A stretch of DNA of 64,000 bases, taken from assembly GCA_001179505.1 (NCBI GenBank), contig CDMY01000355.1, positions 1 through 64,000 on the forward strand. Reading direction: 5' to 3'. Each line of letters opens with the position of its first letter. Positions within the stretch are counted from its first letter, which is position 1. The notes below the pieces were generated by a model that was not told where the DNA came from, searched no databases, and was given only the letters and a program-made list of their open reading frames with translations. This DNA comes from Vitrella brassicaformis CCMP3155 (Eukaryota; Protista; Chromerida). The translations under genes and the position numbers were made by a program. This document shows positions 45,950 through 58,632 of this stretch, piece by piece.

Positions 45950-48900
45950 ATGGATCGGATGGTCGACGAGCTGCTGGGGATATTCCGCCTTATGAGACAC
46001 CAGCGCAAACACGGCACCAATCTCCTTGTCGACCGCGACCAGCTGAGCAAGCTGGTGTCCCACCCTGGCGAAAAATCGGGTTCAAAACTCTCGCCGCGGA
46101 CCCTAATCTCTTCCCTCGAAAGCCTGAATGTGCTCCCGCCAGGCTCAAACTGGCTCGACTTTGAGCGTCTCGCGGCATCTCTGCTTCAGAAAGACATCGA
46201 TGCCTCCGCAGCCCCTCTTCCATCTGTCGCGCCACCGTCACCAACAGCACCTCTCGACCAGCCGCCACCCCTCTCGGATACCTCGCCACCTCCGCCACCG
46301 TCCAACACCTTCCTGGACGTGCCCCCTCTCCGTGTTTGCGTCTGTGCCGCATATGGCCTGCCGCTGTTTGACGAGCCGCGAGACGCGAGCCGGCTGTACA
46401 GTGTGGAAGTATGCTTGCTGGGCGACGGCAGGGAGGAGAGGGGAGGTGGTTCGACGATGTTGAGGACCCGGCCGAGCACACTGGAGGGGCGGGGGCGGCC
46501 GATGGGTGGGCGGGTCATGTGGGACCATACGATCGAGTTCTCGATGAGAGACCTGACGGTGAGCGACGAGAAAACGATACAAATATATCGGTGCGTGAAT
46601 GATTCTGGTTTGCTGTGTGCAGGTCTCTGCTTTCCGCAACCTGCGGCTCCGCTTCACTCTTGACGTGGTCAGCAAGGAAATAATGTGTGTGTCTCCAATT
46701 GCCGGACTTATTCCTTGTCAATTGCCTTCTACCCGTCAGCTTGTCTCACACAAGGAATGGCGCACCCTGGGCACCAAGGAGGTCCCTCTCCGCCACCTCG
46801 CCAAGCTGCAACTCGAAAAGCCGCAACCACAGCCACAGTCCTCCACTTCAGCTGGCCGCCCGCAGCGCTTCATTGTCAGAGGGGCGTGGGAAGACAGAGC
46901 ACCCGCCATGTACCGATTCAGGCTGACGAATGTGGACCGGCGGCTGGGCAGGAGAGTGGAGAAGGCAGCAGCGGGGAAGAGGATGTATCTCACGATTGCG
47001 GTCAACGAACTATGTCTTCGAAGGCAGCGAGCTGCTGCGCAAGGACGAGTGGGGCAACCTTCTGAGGCCGCGGGCGGTGTTGAAGCCCATCCCTGTCCGG
47101 ATGGACGTGTGGGTGGACTCGGCCGCCTTCCACCCCTCGCTGGTCGATGTGCACCTCGACACATCGACGGACAGCACTAAGGAGGAGCAAGCAAAACTCG
47201 CCACATATGCGGTCGAGATGTCATTTTCAGGGCCGCTTGGGGGCGGCAGACAGCCGCAGATGCGGTCGACAAGGTTTGTGTTGGCGCAGCTGCTGACGAA
47301 GACCACTGCTGGGTCGCGGCCGGCTCAGTGGGCGAAGAAATGCAATTGGGGCGACGTTGTGGACATCTCCCTCGAACAGCTTCAGGAAGAAGGAGGCGAG
47401 AAGCAGCTGCAGCTGTCAATGGCGCTGCTATCAAAGATCGACAACCAGGTGTGGCGTACACACACAAATAGCGTCTCTGATACACCATATGCGGCCTCTT
47501 TGCCTGTCGGTGTCTCTTTCCTGACAGCCCGACACTATCCGTCTCGGCGCAACCCCTACGCCAATCGACCCCCTGCCCTTCATGCTGCCCTTCCCCCCTC
47601 CGCCGCCCCACTTACCGCCCTACACCCTCCCCACAGGAGACAGCCTCGAGGACCGCACCGACTGGCAGCTCCACCCCTTCAGACTCACTCCATCCATCCT
47701 GCCACTCAGGGGCCAGCAGGCGATCGATGTCTGGGTGGGGTTCAAAGTCAGGTGGGTGTGGGAGGTGGTCGACTATCCGAGAGAGCCCTTTGCCGCCTTC
47801 CCTCTGCCGCCGTTCCCGAAGGTGCGGCCCCTCTCTCATCGTAGTCAGCAGCTGAGGCGTGGGCAGGACATCCAGACGGAGGCAACCTACCCGCCACAGT
47901 ATGCTGAGACACGGCTAGAACCCCCATGTGTGGAGATTGTTCTCGACGGCATGATCGTGAGCAACCTCCCTGACCTGCCCATGGAGTATGCCATTGAAGT
48001 CGCCCTGTCGCTGAAGACTACCCGCCCCCCGCCGCCATCTGGGCCGCCGCCCAAAAGAACAGAGACCCGTGAAGAACTGTCCAGGCGGGAAAGTGGTGTC
48101 GCCGTGCCTCCGATGGCGACACCTTTGCCGGCGACACAGGCCGCTTTCCCGCCGACTGTAAGCCTTCCTGTCCCTGCCAGCGTGAGCATCCCTACCCCTC
48201 AGGCGCCCTTGCCGCCTCCACCCCCATCACCACCCCCACACGACGAGATGGAGTCCGAAAGCTCTGCATCGTCAGAAGAGCGAACGCCGATAGTCACCGA
48301 GACAACAGGCATTCTCTCATCCTTCCTGGGTCCGACAACAAGTACCCAGCCGGTGCCGCAGACAATGCCGCCACCGCAACAGTCAACGCGGGCCCTTTCA
48401 CAAGTGGCGAAGAAGCGGCCCCCACCGCCGCCACCGAGTATGCCGTTCCCAGAGCCGCCTTCCCCCGAAGGCAGCGAGTCGACGAGCGGATCAGAGGAGG
48501 ATCAGCTGCTGCCAAACTTCAACCTGCCGCTCTTCGCGCCTCCCACAGCCACACACGCAGCTCCTCCGCCCGATGCAGTGGCGACCAGTCGGCCGAAAGG
48601 GAGTCCCTCTGTGTGGATGAGCCGGGCGATCAAGAGCACGGGCGGTGAGGGGGAGCGGTGGATAGAGTGGAGGGAGGTGGGGGAGGTCCTGTTGGATGCT
48701 GGGGTGGACAAAACAGTAGGGCAGATGACGATGGCCGTGACGCTCTGCGCGAGGCCGCTCAGGATTCCGTCGCAGGTGGGGACACTTCATGAGACACACT
48801 GATCCACCACCATCAATCACCACGTGTGTGCTCTGGCCAGGGCGAGTGGCGTCCATTTGCAACAGCCCACATGCCCCTTTCCAGCGTCCTCACCTTCACA

Positions 48901-50900
48901 CCAACGCACCCCTTGCCTGCGCCCCCTGAACTCAATTTCCACTCCCTCCTTCTCCAGAGTGCTCTCTCGACACGCGACGTCACCGGCAGCCTGCGAATCG
49001 CCTGCCGCGTGCGCCACCACATGCAGGCGGCATTCTCCTTCCCACCTGCATCGCCACCCAGGAGGCCCATCACGCCTCGACTTCGCTTCGAGCCTCCACT
49101 GGTAGACAGGGCGATTGGTGTGGACAAGGGGGTCGAGGCGCAGATCGAGGCGCCGAGGACTGCTGAGATTGCTGTCCCTCGAGTGCCGGCAAGACCATCC
49201 GTGCCTGTCACTGCCGTCGCGAAGAAACCCGACTCGGTGATTGCGGCACCACCCAAGAAGCCAGGAGCCCGGCCACCACCACCACCGCCTCCTCTCCCTC
49301 CTGTCGTGCCAAAGCGTCCCTCTGTGAGGCCACCGTCTGAGTCGGCGAGCGAGGAGTCTGTGGAGCCTTCACGGCCGTCGATCATCAACCTCACCGCTGC
49401 AGCAGATCGCGACAGGAGGGCAGACTCGTGGATGGGCGACTTCCTTGGCCCGTCTGTCAGGCAGTCTGCTGGCATCTTTGAGTCGATCGGTGCATCCATT
49501 GGCGGCGCAGAGACAGGGCCGGTGGAGGCGAGAAAGGCAGCGGGGGAAGGGCCAAGGCCATCACCAACTCCACCTGCACCACTACGACCACCACCACCAC
49601 CACCACCACCAATGGAAGAGCGAAAGAGCAGGTTGACGGTCGTGCTGAAGGATTCCAGCTACACGGACCTTGATATGGTGATCTTGGAGAGGGGAGTGCT
49701 CGATCTGAGGGGGAAGGCTCTCGGGCCAAAGGGATTTGCAGACATGGCGCGCGAGGCTCACCAATGGGCCAAGAAGCTGCACACCATTAAACTCGCCGGT
49801 GAGGCAAACTGCATGCAGCATATTGGCTCTCCACTCTTGCACCTCGCTACGGCCGCCTGATCTCTGCGTGCGTCCTGCAGGCACGTGTCTCGAGGACGAA
49901 GGCGCCATGGCACTGGCGAGATTCCTGGGCAGTGGCACGACAGCAAAGACCCCAAGGCTGAGCTACCTGGACGTCACTGGTACACGCACATGGTCCCCGA
50001 GGCATGTGTATATGCATGGGCTGTGTCCTGTCTTATCTTGCATCTTTTGCCAGACACGGAGATGACGGAGCGTGGTGTGGTTGAGTTGGTGAGCTGCCTC
50101 TACACGCTCAACATACCCATCAAACAGTTCTCCATCGGAAGTGAGACGTGGGAGAGAGACACAGACAGACAGACAAGCACATGGTCGGAGTGACATCTGT
50201 GTGTGTGGCATTCCTGCGTGCCTCAGAGAATCCCCTTGGAGTGACCGGCACGGCCGCTGTCTCTGCCCTCCTCTCGGCTTCGAACACCCTGCTCAACATC
50301 AACCTGGCTGGTGATCGCCTCTCTGTGTGATTATGTGATTACGTGATTGCGTGCAGGCTGTGGCATCGAAGACGGCGGGGCCCGTGCGCTGGCTGGTGCC
50401 CTGATGCCCTCTGGCAGGGCTGGCCAGAGACCATCGCCGCTGATGAAAATCCGGCTCAAAGGTACCAAGCAATTTGCAGAACGCAATGGCGTTTTTCAGT
50501 CCTTTGCAACGATGCATGTGTTGTTTTGCGCCTCACAGATAACCGCATTGGCGACAACGGAGCTGTCCTTCTGTTCCAGAGCTTTGCAAATGTGCCAAAC
50601 CTCCGAGAAATCAATTTTGGAGGTGATCTTGTGTCTTCGCACGATGAAGCACTGTTCCCATCGATGTATTGCGGCATCCAGGCAACCCGTGGGGCGACAG
50701 GGGTGCATCAGCCTTGCTGGCACTGCTCGACACACCGGACATGAGAATAAAGGACGTGGACATAACAAGTATGCCCGCGAAAAAGCCTTGTGACGGCATG
50801 ATGGTGTCTCTTCTTTCTTGCAGGTATTCGTGTGTCTGGGAGTGTGCGCGACGCCTTGCGACAGAGTGCCGGGGAGCACAATGTGGCTGTTGTTATGTGA
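45950..50900 (+). CDS. Large protein with several C2-like domains, Pro-rich linker and C-terminal RNI-like leucine-rich repeats
   Basis: C2-like LRVCVCAAYGLP...YSVEVCLL...WDHTIEF and MDVWVDSA...YAVEMSF...CNWGDVVDI. LRRs LDLRGKALGPKG, LKLAG.CLEDEGAMALA, LDVTG.EMTERG, FSIG.NPLGVTG, LNINLAG.GIEDGG, DNRIGDNG, NPWGDRGA. Ends ...NVAVVM*. Confidence 0.75.
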
Positions 50901-51577
50901 GTCCCAGTGAGGGCGTGGTTGTATCAGGGAAATTGATTCAATCAATGAGGAGGATGAAATCGGCAGATCAGTGGATGTGACTTTGCTTCTGCACTGAGTC
51001 GATGGACAACTTAGGACTCCGACTTAGGAGACGAAATTTGGATATGTTTTGTTGGGGTGCGGCACACTGCATGCAGACATTAGGAATGAAAGCCACTCAT
51101 CCGTTGTCCTTTAGGAACTCGTGTCTCCGATAGGCGTCTCCGCGTCATTTCCCCCACCTGGCATTTCCCTGCCGCGTATGGCCTGGGATGCTTAGGGTTT
51201 CTGTCGGTGGGTGACCTGCTGCCGATTGAATTTGGGACGGCCTTCATCATTTTCACGGTGCCATCGCCACAGGCCATCACTGCCACACACATCACACACG
51301 AAGGTCCACACGCAACACAACGCATGAAGTGTACAGTATACAGTACAGCAAAAAATGCCCAAAATGCCTTTCCCGCCCTGGTGCACAGCTCGCAGAGAAG
51401 CGCTGAGCCATTCTTCGCGTTAGCGTCTGCAGACACGACCAAGAGGAGCTCAGTGTCTTCACCGTCCAAGATCTCGCATTTCCATTCATCGAAGCGGCTG
51501 TGTGGATGCGGTCATGAGGAGGAGCACCTGTGCCGAGAAGATCTCACCACAGATGCTGATCTGACCGCATTCTGCCG

Positions 51578-54500
51578 ATGAGCGCGTCATTCTTCGAGAA
51601 CCTGCGGAAGGGCCTCACCGGCAGCACCAGGAAGGCACTCTACGAAGACAAGAATGAGGAGGAGAGCCCACCTCGCATGCAGGCGTCATGGAGCCGCCGG
51701 ATCAGCGGGAGGAGGAGCCGCTCGGCGTCGGCTCGCAAGGAGAGGGAGGGGGATGTGAGGCTGGATTTGGAAGGGCAACCGGTGAGCATGAGATCGGCGA
51801 CCGAGGGGAACCAACAGGGAGAGCACCGAGAGAAGAAGGACTTAGATGCCTGGGTGGAGAAGAAGCTGTGTCCTCAGACGGTCGGTAGTCACGACACAGC
51901 CAGATAATGCTGCACTCACCCACTCACTCGCTCGCTCACTCACTCACTCACTCACACCCAGACAGACAGACAGACAGATGCAGACATACAGATGCACACA
52001 CACACGCCTCTGCATGCTTGTCACTGGCTGGTTGGCTGGTTGATCGACTTAATTTGTCAGGTGAGAACCAACGCATATCGCGTCGGCAGAGAGGACGGCG
52101 ATGCCAATGCAGACCTCTCGAGCCGCCAACCCAGCCGCCCCGCCCCACCACAGGCCAGCAGCACTCGCCTCAAGCAGCAGCACCAGCAGCAGCAGCAGCA
52201 GGGTGGTGGTGGTGGTGGCCCGACCCCTGGCAGAGCCTTTCTCAGCCGCAATCTGGCCCAGGGCCTGGCCGCACAGGCCATGGCTGGCCGTATGGAGTTT
52301 TGTTCGGCTCCATTGGCTCCATCAGGGGCGTATGAGGGTCTGGGTGGCGGGCACAGCTCTGACGATGACGACAGCCCCCACTCGATGCGGGGCAACAAGG
52401 AGCTGACAGGACTCAGCGAGGTGATGATGCGCCAGAAGATCCGCGAGATGGTGCGGAACAGAGGAGGCATTGTCGACAATCAGACTAATGACAAAGAAGG
52501 TGAAGGTGAAAACGACAACGAGCAGCCAGACGACCCCGCGGTCACTGCGGCACGGCGAAGACAGCTGGCGATGGCTGAGGACAACATCAGCCTGCTGCAG
52601 TCGCTCCAGGGAGAGATCGAGCAGAGCCGCTACTTGCGAGCCGACCCAAACGACGATCCGGATAAGAGAGTTGTAGAGTCATTCATGACGCAGCTAATGC
52701 AGAACGAGGTGGGCACCAGAAGGAACTCAAATACACGCATGAAGCAATGAATGTGTGTCCTCGGTTGAGTATCGAACATCAGGCGGGTGCCAAGGGAGAC
52801 CGTGTTGGTGCCGACACAGAGGACAGTGATGGCGATGCAGCGCCCCCGAGCCACCAGCCCAGCGGGTTCCCTCCCCCACAGGCCAGCAGCACTCCCCTCA
52901 AGCAGCAGCGCCAGCAGCAGGGTGGTGGTCCGGGCACAGGGACCTTTCTCAAGCCCATTGGCCGCGGGGTAAGATGGGGCTCCTCAGCTGCACCAGGGTA
53001 CGCCGATAATAGCTCCCAATCCTCGCGAAGCAGCGATGAGGACGGCCCCCAGTCGACTGAGCCGAGAGGACTGGACGAGGCCTTGATGCGCCAGAAGCTC
53101 CGCGAGAGGGTGCGGAATAGAGGCGGGATTGCGGACGAGAATGACAGTGACGAGCAACCAGACGACCTCCTCACTGCGAAACGGCGAGAGCAACTGGCCA
53201 TGGCTGAGGACAACAGCAGTCTACGTCAGTCGCTCCAGGGAGAGATCGAGCAGAACCGCTACTTCTCCAAACCGACCTTCAGCGACTCAGACGAGGACAA
53301 GGAGCGAGGAAGGAAGCTGCAGCAAGACATGATGCCCAGCTTTGGCGACCTCTCCCAGCTGGGCGAGGCCGACTTCCTCCAGCAGGGCTCGCCCATCTTC
53401 TTCGGCAACGACATGGGCATCCCTGGCATCCCGTCGTCATCGGCAGCAGGCGCCGCCCAGCGGCGGGCTTGCCGGCGGGCTCACAACGACGACGGGGCCG
53501 ACGATGCGACCAAGGGCGGTCAGGGCAGCAAGGAGCGGCAGTCGCGGCGGAACAAGGGTGTCACCACCACCCAGGATCGTTTCGAGAAGGTGCAGAGGCT
53601 GGTGGCGAGCTTAGGGCAGCGCCAGGACCAGCAGAGGAAGAGGATGCACGAGGAGAGGAAGAGGATGCACACTTTCAGCCAAATTGAGAAGCTCGAGGCC
53701 ATGGTGCGGGCCACGCGCGAGAACTGCGCCCACGACCAACTGGCGCCAGAGGACCAGCGCCAGCCGGTGCAGCTTCTCGAGGACCACCAGCTTCTTTTTG
53801 AGCTGCCCACCCCGGGCTACCCCCACCCGTTTCTCATGGACGGCCTGCTCTTCCGCCATGCCGTCCAGGCGTGTGTGGTCCACGGTGCGGCCGGGTCGCT
53901 TGAGGTTTTGCCGCGCGAGACACTCATCAAGCCGAGCAAGAAGGACTGCGACGAGCGCCTGGGTGCGGGTGAGGTGCAGGAGGAGGATGGGAAGAAGATC
54001 AAGTGGAGCGATATGGTGCTGGACGCTCTTGACTCGTCTTGCATGTACCGGGACGAAGCTCTCAACGTGGTCACCGAAGGTGCGCGGACACACACACACA
54101 CACACACAAACACACACATGCTGTTGATGGGTTCATTCGTGTAACCTGTGTCTATCTCGATGAATGGAGCAAGCAGATTACCTGCCGTCGCCCCTGCTGG
54201 TGCAGGCGGCCATGGCCAATGCACCCATGCAGACCGTGCAGGTACGTCAGAGAGAGCACTCCGCCGGCATTGGGAGGGAGTGTGGGTGTGCATGGTGGCC
54301 TGCCCCCCTGACTCATGTGTAGACTCTTGTCGCCTACAGCGCCGACGTCAATGACAAGGGCCATGTGCACCACTTCACACGCGGCGCATACAAAGCCAGC
54401 CTCAAGACATCATCACTCGGTACGTGAGACCTCACTATGTGACCAATCATATCATGGCCACCTCTGTCTTTTCTTTTGTGGGTGCCTATGTGCGTGTGCA

Positions 54501-57500
54501 GGTGCGGCGGCCCTGTGGCATCGGCCTCAGATGCTCTCCTTCCTCCTGGCCAACACAGCCGCCGACATGTCGGTGCTCTCTGAGGTAGAGGTCAGGCCCC
54601 CACAAACGGCAAACGCCAAAAGTAACCGCCACCTGCGTGCCTGCATGCCTAAAACACCAACAGACCAACAGACAGACAGACAGACAGACCCATTCACTTT
54701 CAGCCTCTTCTCTTTGCCGTCGTCCCTCAGGCACATTCCGTTGGGCTGAGGGTCTGAATCTGCTGCAGCTGGTGTGCATCGGCCCGCCCCCGCCCAAGAC
54801 CGCCCCGAAGAGCACATCGATTGTGCCGAAGGAGTCCAGGCCGCCCGCCACACCCAAAGAGGCAGATGGTCAGACACAGGCAACCACAGACAGCAGCCTC
54901 TCATTGGTGCATTGCCCGTGCCATGCATGCAGAGTCTGCCAACGTGCTCAGTGCGGCAGCCAAGCTGAAGGCCAAGAAGGCTGTGGCCAAGAGCAAGGCG
55001 GAGGAGGGTGCATCATCACAGGCCAAGGAACAGGAGAAGGAGGATCGCCGCCGAGAGGCCATCTTGGAGCAGGTCCGCATCAGACGGGAACAGCAGGAGG
55101 AGGACAGACAGCGCACCGCCCTCGCGACGCTGGAGGCCCTCGCCGCCCACGGCCTGATCGGAGGCCATCAGCAGAGCATCCTCTCCCTGCAGCGGCGGGA
55201 TAAGGAGGGCAACACGGCTCTGCACCTGGCGGCCCGGCACGGCTGGTCGAGCCTGGTTGACTGGCTGCTCAAGCGGGGCGTTGCAGTAGATGCCGTCAAC
55301 ATGGCCAACGAGACGGCGCTCGACCTCGCTCGCAAGAACAAGCGATCGGTGAGGCACGCCAGACAGCAGGCGGGCAACAGGGCCTCCCAAGTGTGTGATG
55401 GCGTCTTGTGTGCTGTGGAGTGCAGGCGTGTGAGGCGGTCTTGACAGAGCACCTGTCTGCCCATCACCAGCAGGAGGCGGTCTACGAGCTGCTGGCGGAG
55501 GAGACACTCAGACGCGAGCGCGACGAGAAAAAACGCGAGAAGAACCGGGAGAAGGTACGCAGACACACCCAGACACAGACACACAGGCCCCCCACAGACA
55601 CGCCAGACAGGCGACAAACAAAGATCCTCTGCTCTTTTCCTTTCTTTGTGTGGTGTAGAGGAAGCGTCAGAAGTGCAAGAAGCGCGACACAGCCGTAGGA
55701 GCTGAAGGAGCCGAAGGCGACCAAGAGGAGCCGCAGGCGGCCCCAGTGGAGGAGGAGCTCGACGACCATGAACAGCGCCTAGTTTCCCGAACGAATGTCC
55801 CGCACCCAAACACGATTGCACGAACACGGCTTGCGCCCCTCTCCCTCTCTCTCTCACACACAAGGAAGGCCTCGACCGTCCAGTCGAGCTCGTAAGCGAC
55901 GACGACAGAGCAAGGCATCCGTGCAGAGGACCTGGTGGTCTGTTCTCTTACAGGTGTGATGTCGAGGACGGGCCAATGTCGAGTTCGCCTCAACCTGGCG
56001 GAGACCTGCCGACCACGTGAGCATCAAAGCATCGCCAGGTGCTCGCAATATGGAGCGTGCCTTCGTCCATTGCAGGCTCGACGAAGACATGAGTGGCGTG
56101 CCGTCCTCCTCGTCGAGTGTCCCGCCGCCGCATGCACACAGGTAAACGAGTCAGCCCAGATCTCTCTCCATCGAAACGAATGAATCAGCGCCCCGCCCGA
56201 TGTGTGTGTGCAGAGGTGCTGGCGACACTGATGAGGACCGTGACGAACAGGAGGCAATAGCTGCGTCGCTGGAGGCTGCCGCTGAGCAGTGGGAGGCCAT
56301 CAAGACGCACGTGACCACTGCCCACAAGCAGATACAGGGGTGAGTACGAGACAGACGCTCATCGGATGCGCGACGATGCATTTTCATCTGTGTCTGGCGT
56401 GGCGTGGCGTTGTGTATGCGACAGGTTGCGGGAGAGGTTACAGGCCGAGGCGGACATGACTGCGGCCACAGAAGCCCAGGAGCAGCGCTTGATTGAGGAG
56501 AACAACGAGCTCGAGGCAGCCAACCCCGTGTACGTTGCTGCAGGCGTCACCCACCAATGCGTCCATCCATCCATCCATTGCCTGCCTTCCATGTGTCGGT
56601 TCTGTTCTGTTGCAGTCTGACGGCGGACCAGCTCGACCTCAAGGCCTCTGCTGGTGATGTCAGGCACTTCCAGAGGGTCGTCGACGGCCGCTTCTACGAG
56701 CTGCAATCGCTGATGGGCGAGTGCCTCCAGCGAGCTGTGGACCTCACCAACAGCCCTCCTGACACATCATCGGACGAGCCGGCTCCCGACAAACAGGACA
56801 GCAGCCCGAACATGCCCCCCGAGGCCCCCTGTGCGACCAGTCCCCCATCGGCGACGGCTGGCGAGTCCATTGGGTGGCTGGAAGAGTTGGAGAGCAGCCA
56901 CCTGGACATCCCCGAGAAGTGTGTGAGGGCATCGAAGCGGCTGGAGGACATTGAGCAGGACATCGGCAAGTGAGAAGCGCAGATTGAAGAGGACTCACCG
57001 ATTGCATTACAGATCGGTTGCCATCCCTTCCTGCAGGTTGGTGTGTGAGGTCGTCGACGCCACCACCCGCCGTGAGGCATCCGACGCCCATCTGCAGGGC
57101 CTCACCGAGCAGAATTACGAGCTCAAACGACGCGACAAGGAGCGGTGAGAAAGGCGCACACACAGTCTCATGTTCACTTCTATCTGTCTGTCTGTCTGCC
57201 TGCCTGCCAGATTGACCGAGGAGAAGCTCCAGTCGCTCACGTCTGTCCAGGCCGTGAAGTGCTTCCATCAGGCGGCCTCTCAAGAAAGCCAGCGACTGAA
57301 GGAGCTGCTGGGTCGGTGCAGCGACCACCTGCTCAATCTGGCGAGTGCGTCCTTCCAGCGTGATGTCGAGCGGCGCGTCGAGGAGGTCAGGGTGGCGCGC
57401 GACAGAGAGGCGGTCGAGCAGCTGAAACGTCAGGAGGCTGCGACGGCCAAGATGGTCAGCGAGATGCAGCAGCAGCTCGAGGAGGAGAGGGGCAAGCCCA

Positions 57501-57774
57501 AGCAGGACATCACCTCGTGTGTGGTGTGCCATGAAGCGCCCAATGACGTGGTTATGATGCCCTGCCGACACAAATGCATTTGTACAGGTGGGCAGATGGG
57601 CAGGCAAGGGACACCTTGGGGCGTACATATGTGTGGTGTGTGCCCATTTGTGCAGGTTGTTTCGATCGCCTCAAGAGGCAGCACCCGGGGCGCAAGGTGC
57701 CGTGCCCCATATGTCGCAAAGAGCGCCTCAAGCAATACTCAGGGCCCGTGTTTGAGCAGGGGCACCACGACTGA
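51578..57774 (+). CDS. Ankyrin-repeat, coiled-coil, C-terminal C3HC4 RING protein (putative E3 ubiquitin ligase)
   Basis: Ankyrin repeat RDKEGNTALHLAARHGWSSLVDWLLKRGVAVDAVNMANETALDLA. RING CVVCHEAPNDVVMMPCRHKCICT|GCFDRL...VPCPICR. A continuous spliced frame can be traced by eye. Confidence 0.8.
52080..53265 (+). repeat. Intragenic tandem duplication (~52080-52635 vs ~52800-53265) separated by an intron
   Basis: Both copies encode PPQASST.LKQQ..QQGGG, MRQK(I/L)RE.VRNRGGI, EQPDD and QLAMAEDN.SL.QSLQGEIEQ.RY. Confidence 0.9.
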
Positions 57775-58632
57775 CCGAGTGGTAGAGCTAGCAGGGGCGC
57801 GACTAGTACCCGGACAGGTGACCAGCTTGTCGGCCACCCCGTTGTGTGTAGTGATGGGTGACATTAGTATGTACATATATACCTATATATGTGTGTGATG
57901 GGTTGGCGATGTCCATATGCGACATACATGGCCGGTTGGCTGGCTGGCTGGCTGGCATGTGTAGTGTTGTGCTGATTTATCGACACAGATGGATGGATGG
58001 ATGGATGGACGAATGTGTGTGTGGCCACCTCAGATGCGGTGTGGTGCTTGTCGTTCGCCCGCTTTCTTCTGACACATAGCTATAGCCCAGCGGTGATGGG
58101 CGTCTGAAAGCGATCGAGGGAATGGCAGACACGACTAGGTCATCGAAAGACAAGGAGGGAAAGTCATGTAGTTATGGTTTTTAGCCACACCTGGATGGCA
58201 CTGAGTGGTCAGAAATGTGGAGACGAGCACTGGCAAGACTTTGACTGAAAAATCGGATTCATTTCACATCCAAGACATAGTCAGCACGCACGTCTCCCTT
58301 TTCGTCTCAGTCGCATTTCGTTCAAAGGTTCCTCGGTGCAGTCACTCTGGATGCTTTGCATAGTATAACGCTGGCCAACAGCCATCCCTCCCTCCCTCCC
58401 TGCAGACAGACACTTCTTCAGCGAAGAGAACAAACACTGCGTTTCCCTGACCATCCCACAACCCCTCACTCACCGTACCCTATCTCCCTCCCTCCCTCCC
58501 TCCCTGCCTCCCTCCCGACATGACACAACTGCCTAGAGATGTATCGCCCAAAAAACACGGCTGAGCGACGTCAGTCAGTGTCGGGCGGCGACAGGCTTGA
58601 CGACGACTGGGCTGCGCCGCTGAGGTTGTGCA

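Noticed and set aside
46985-47031. Apparent frameshift in the C2/LRR gene (MYLTIAVN vs YVFEGSELLRK frames)
   Set aside because: It could be resolved by a short GT-AG intron (46985-47027) or a single-base error. I cannot distinguish these, so it is not claimed as recoding or a pseudogene.
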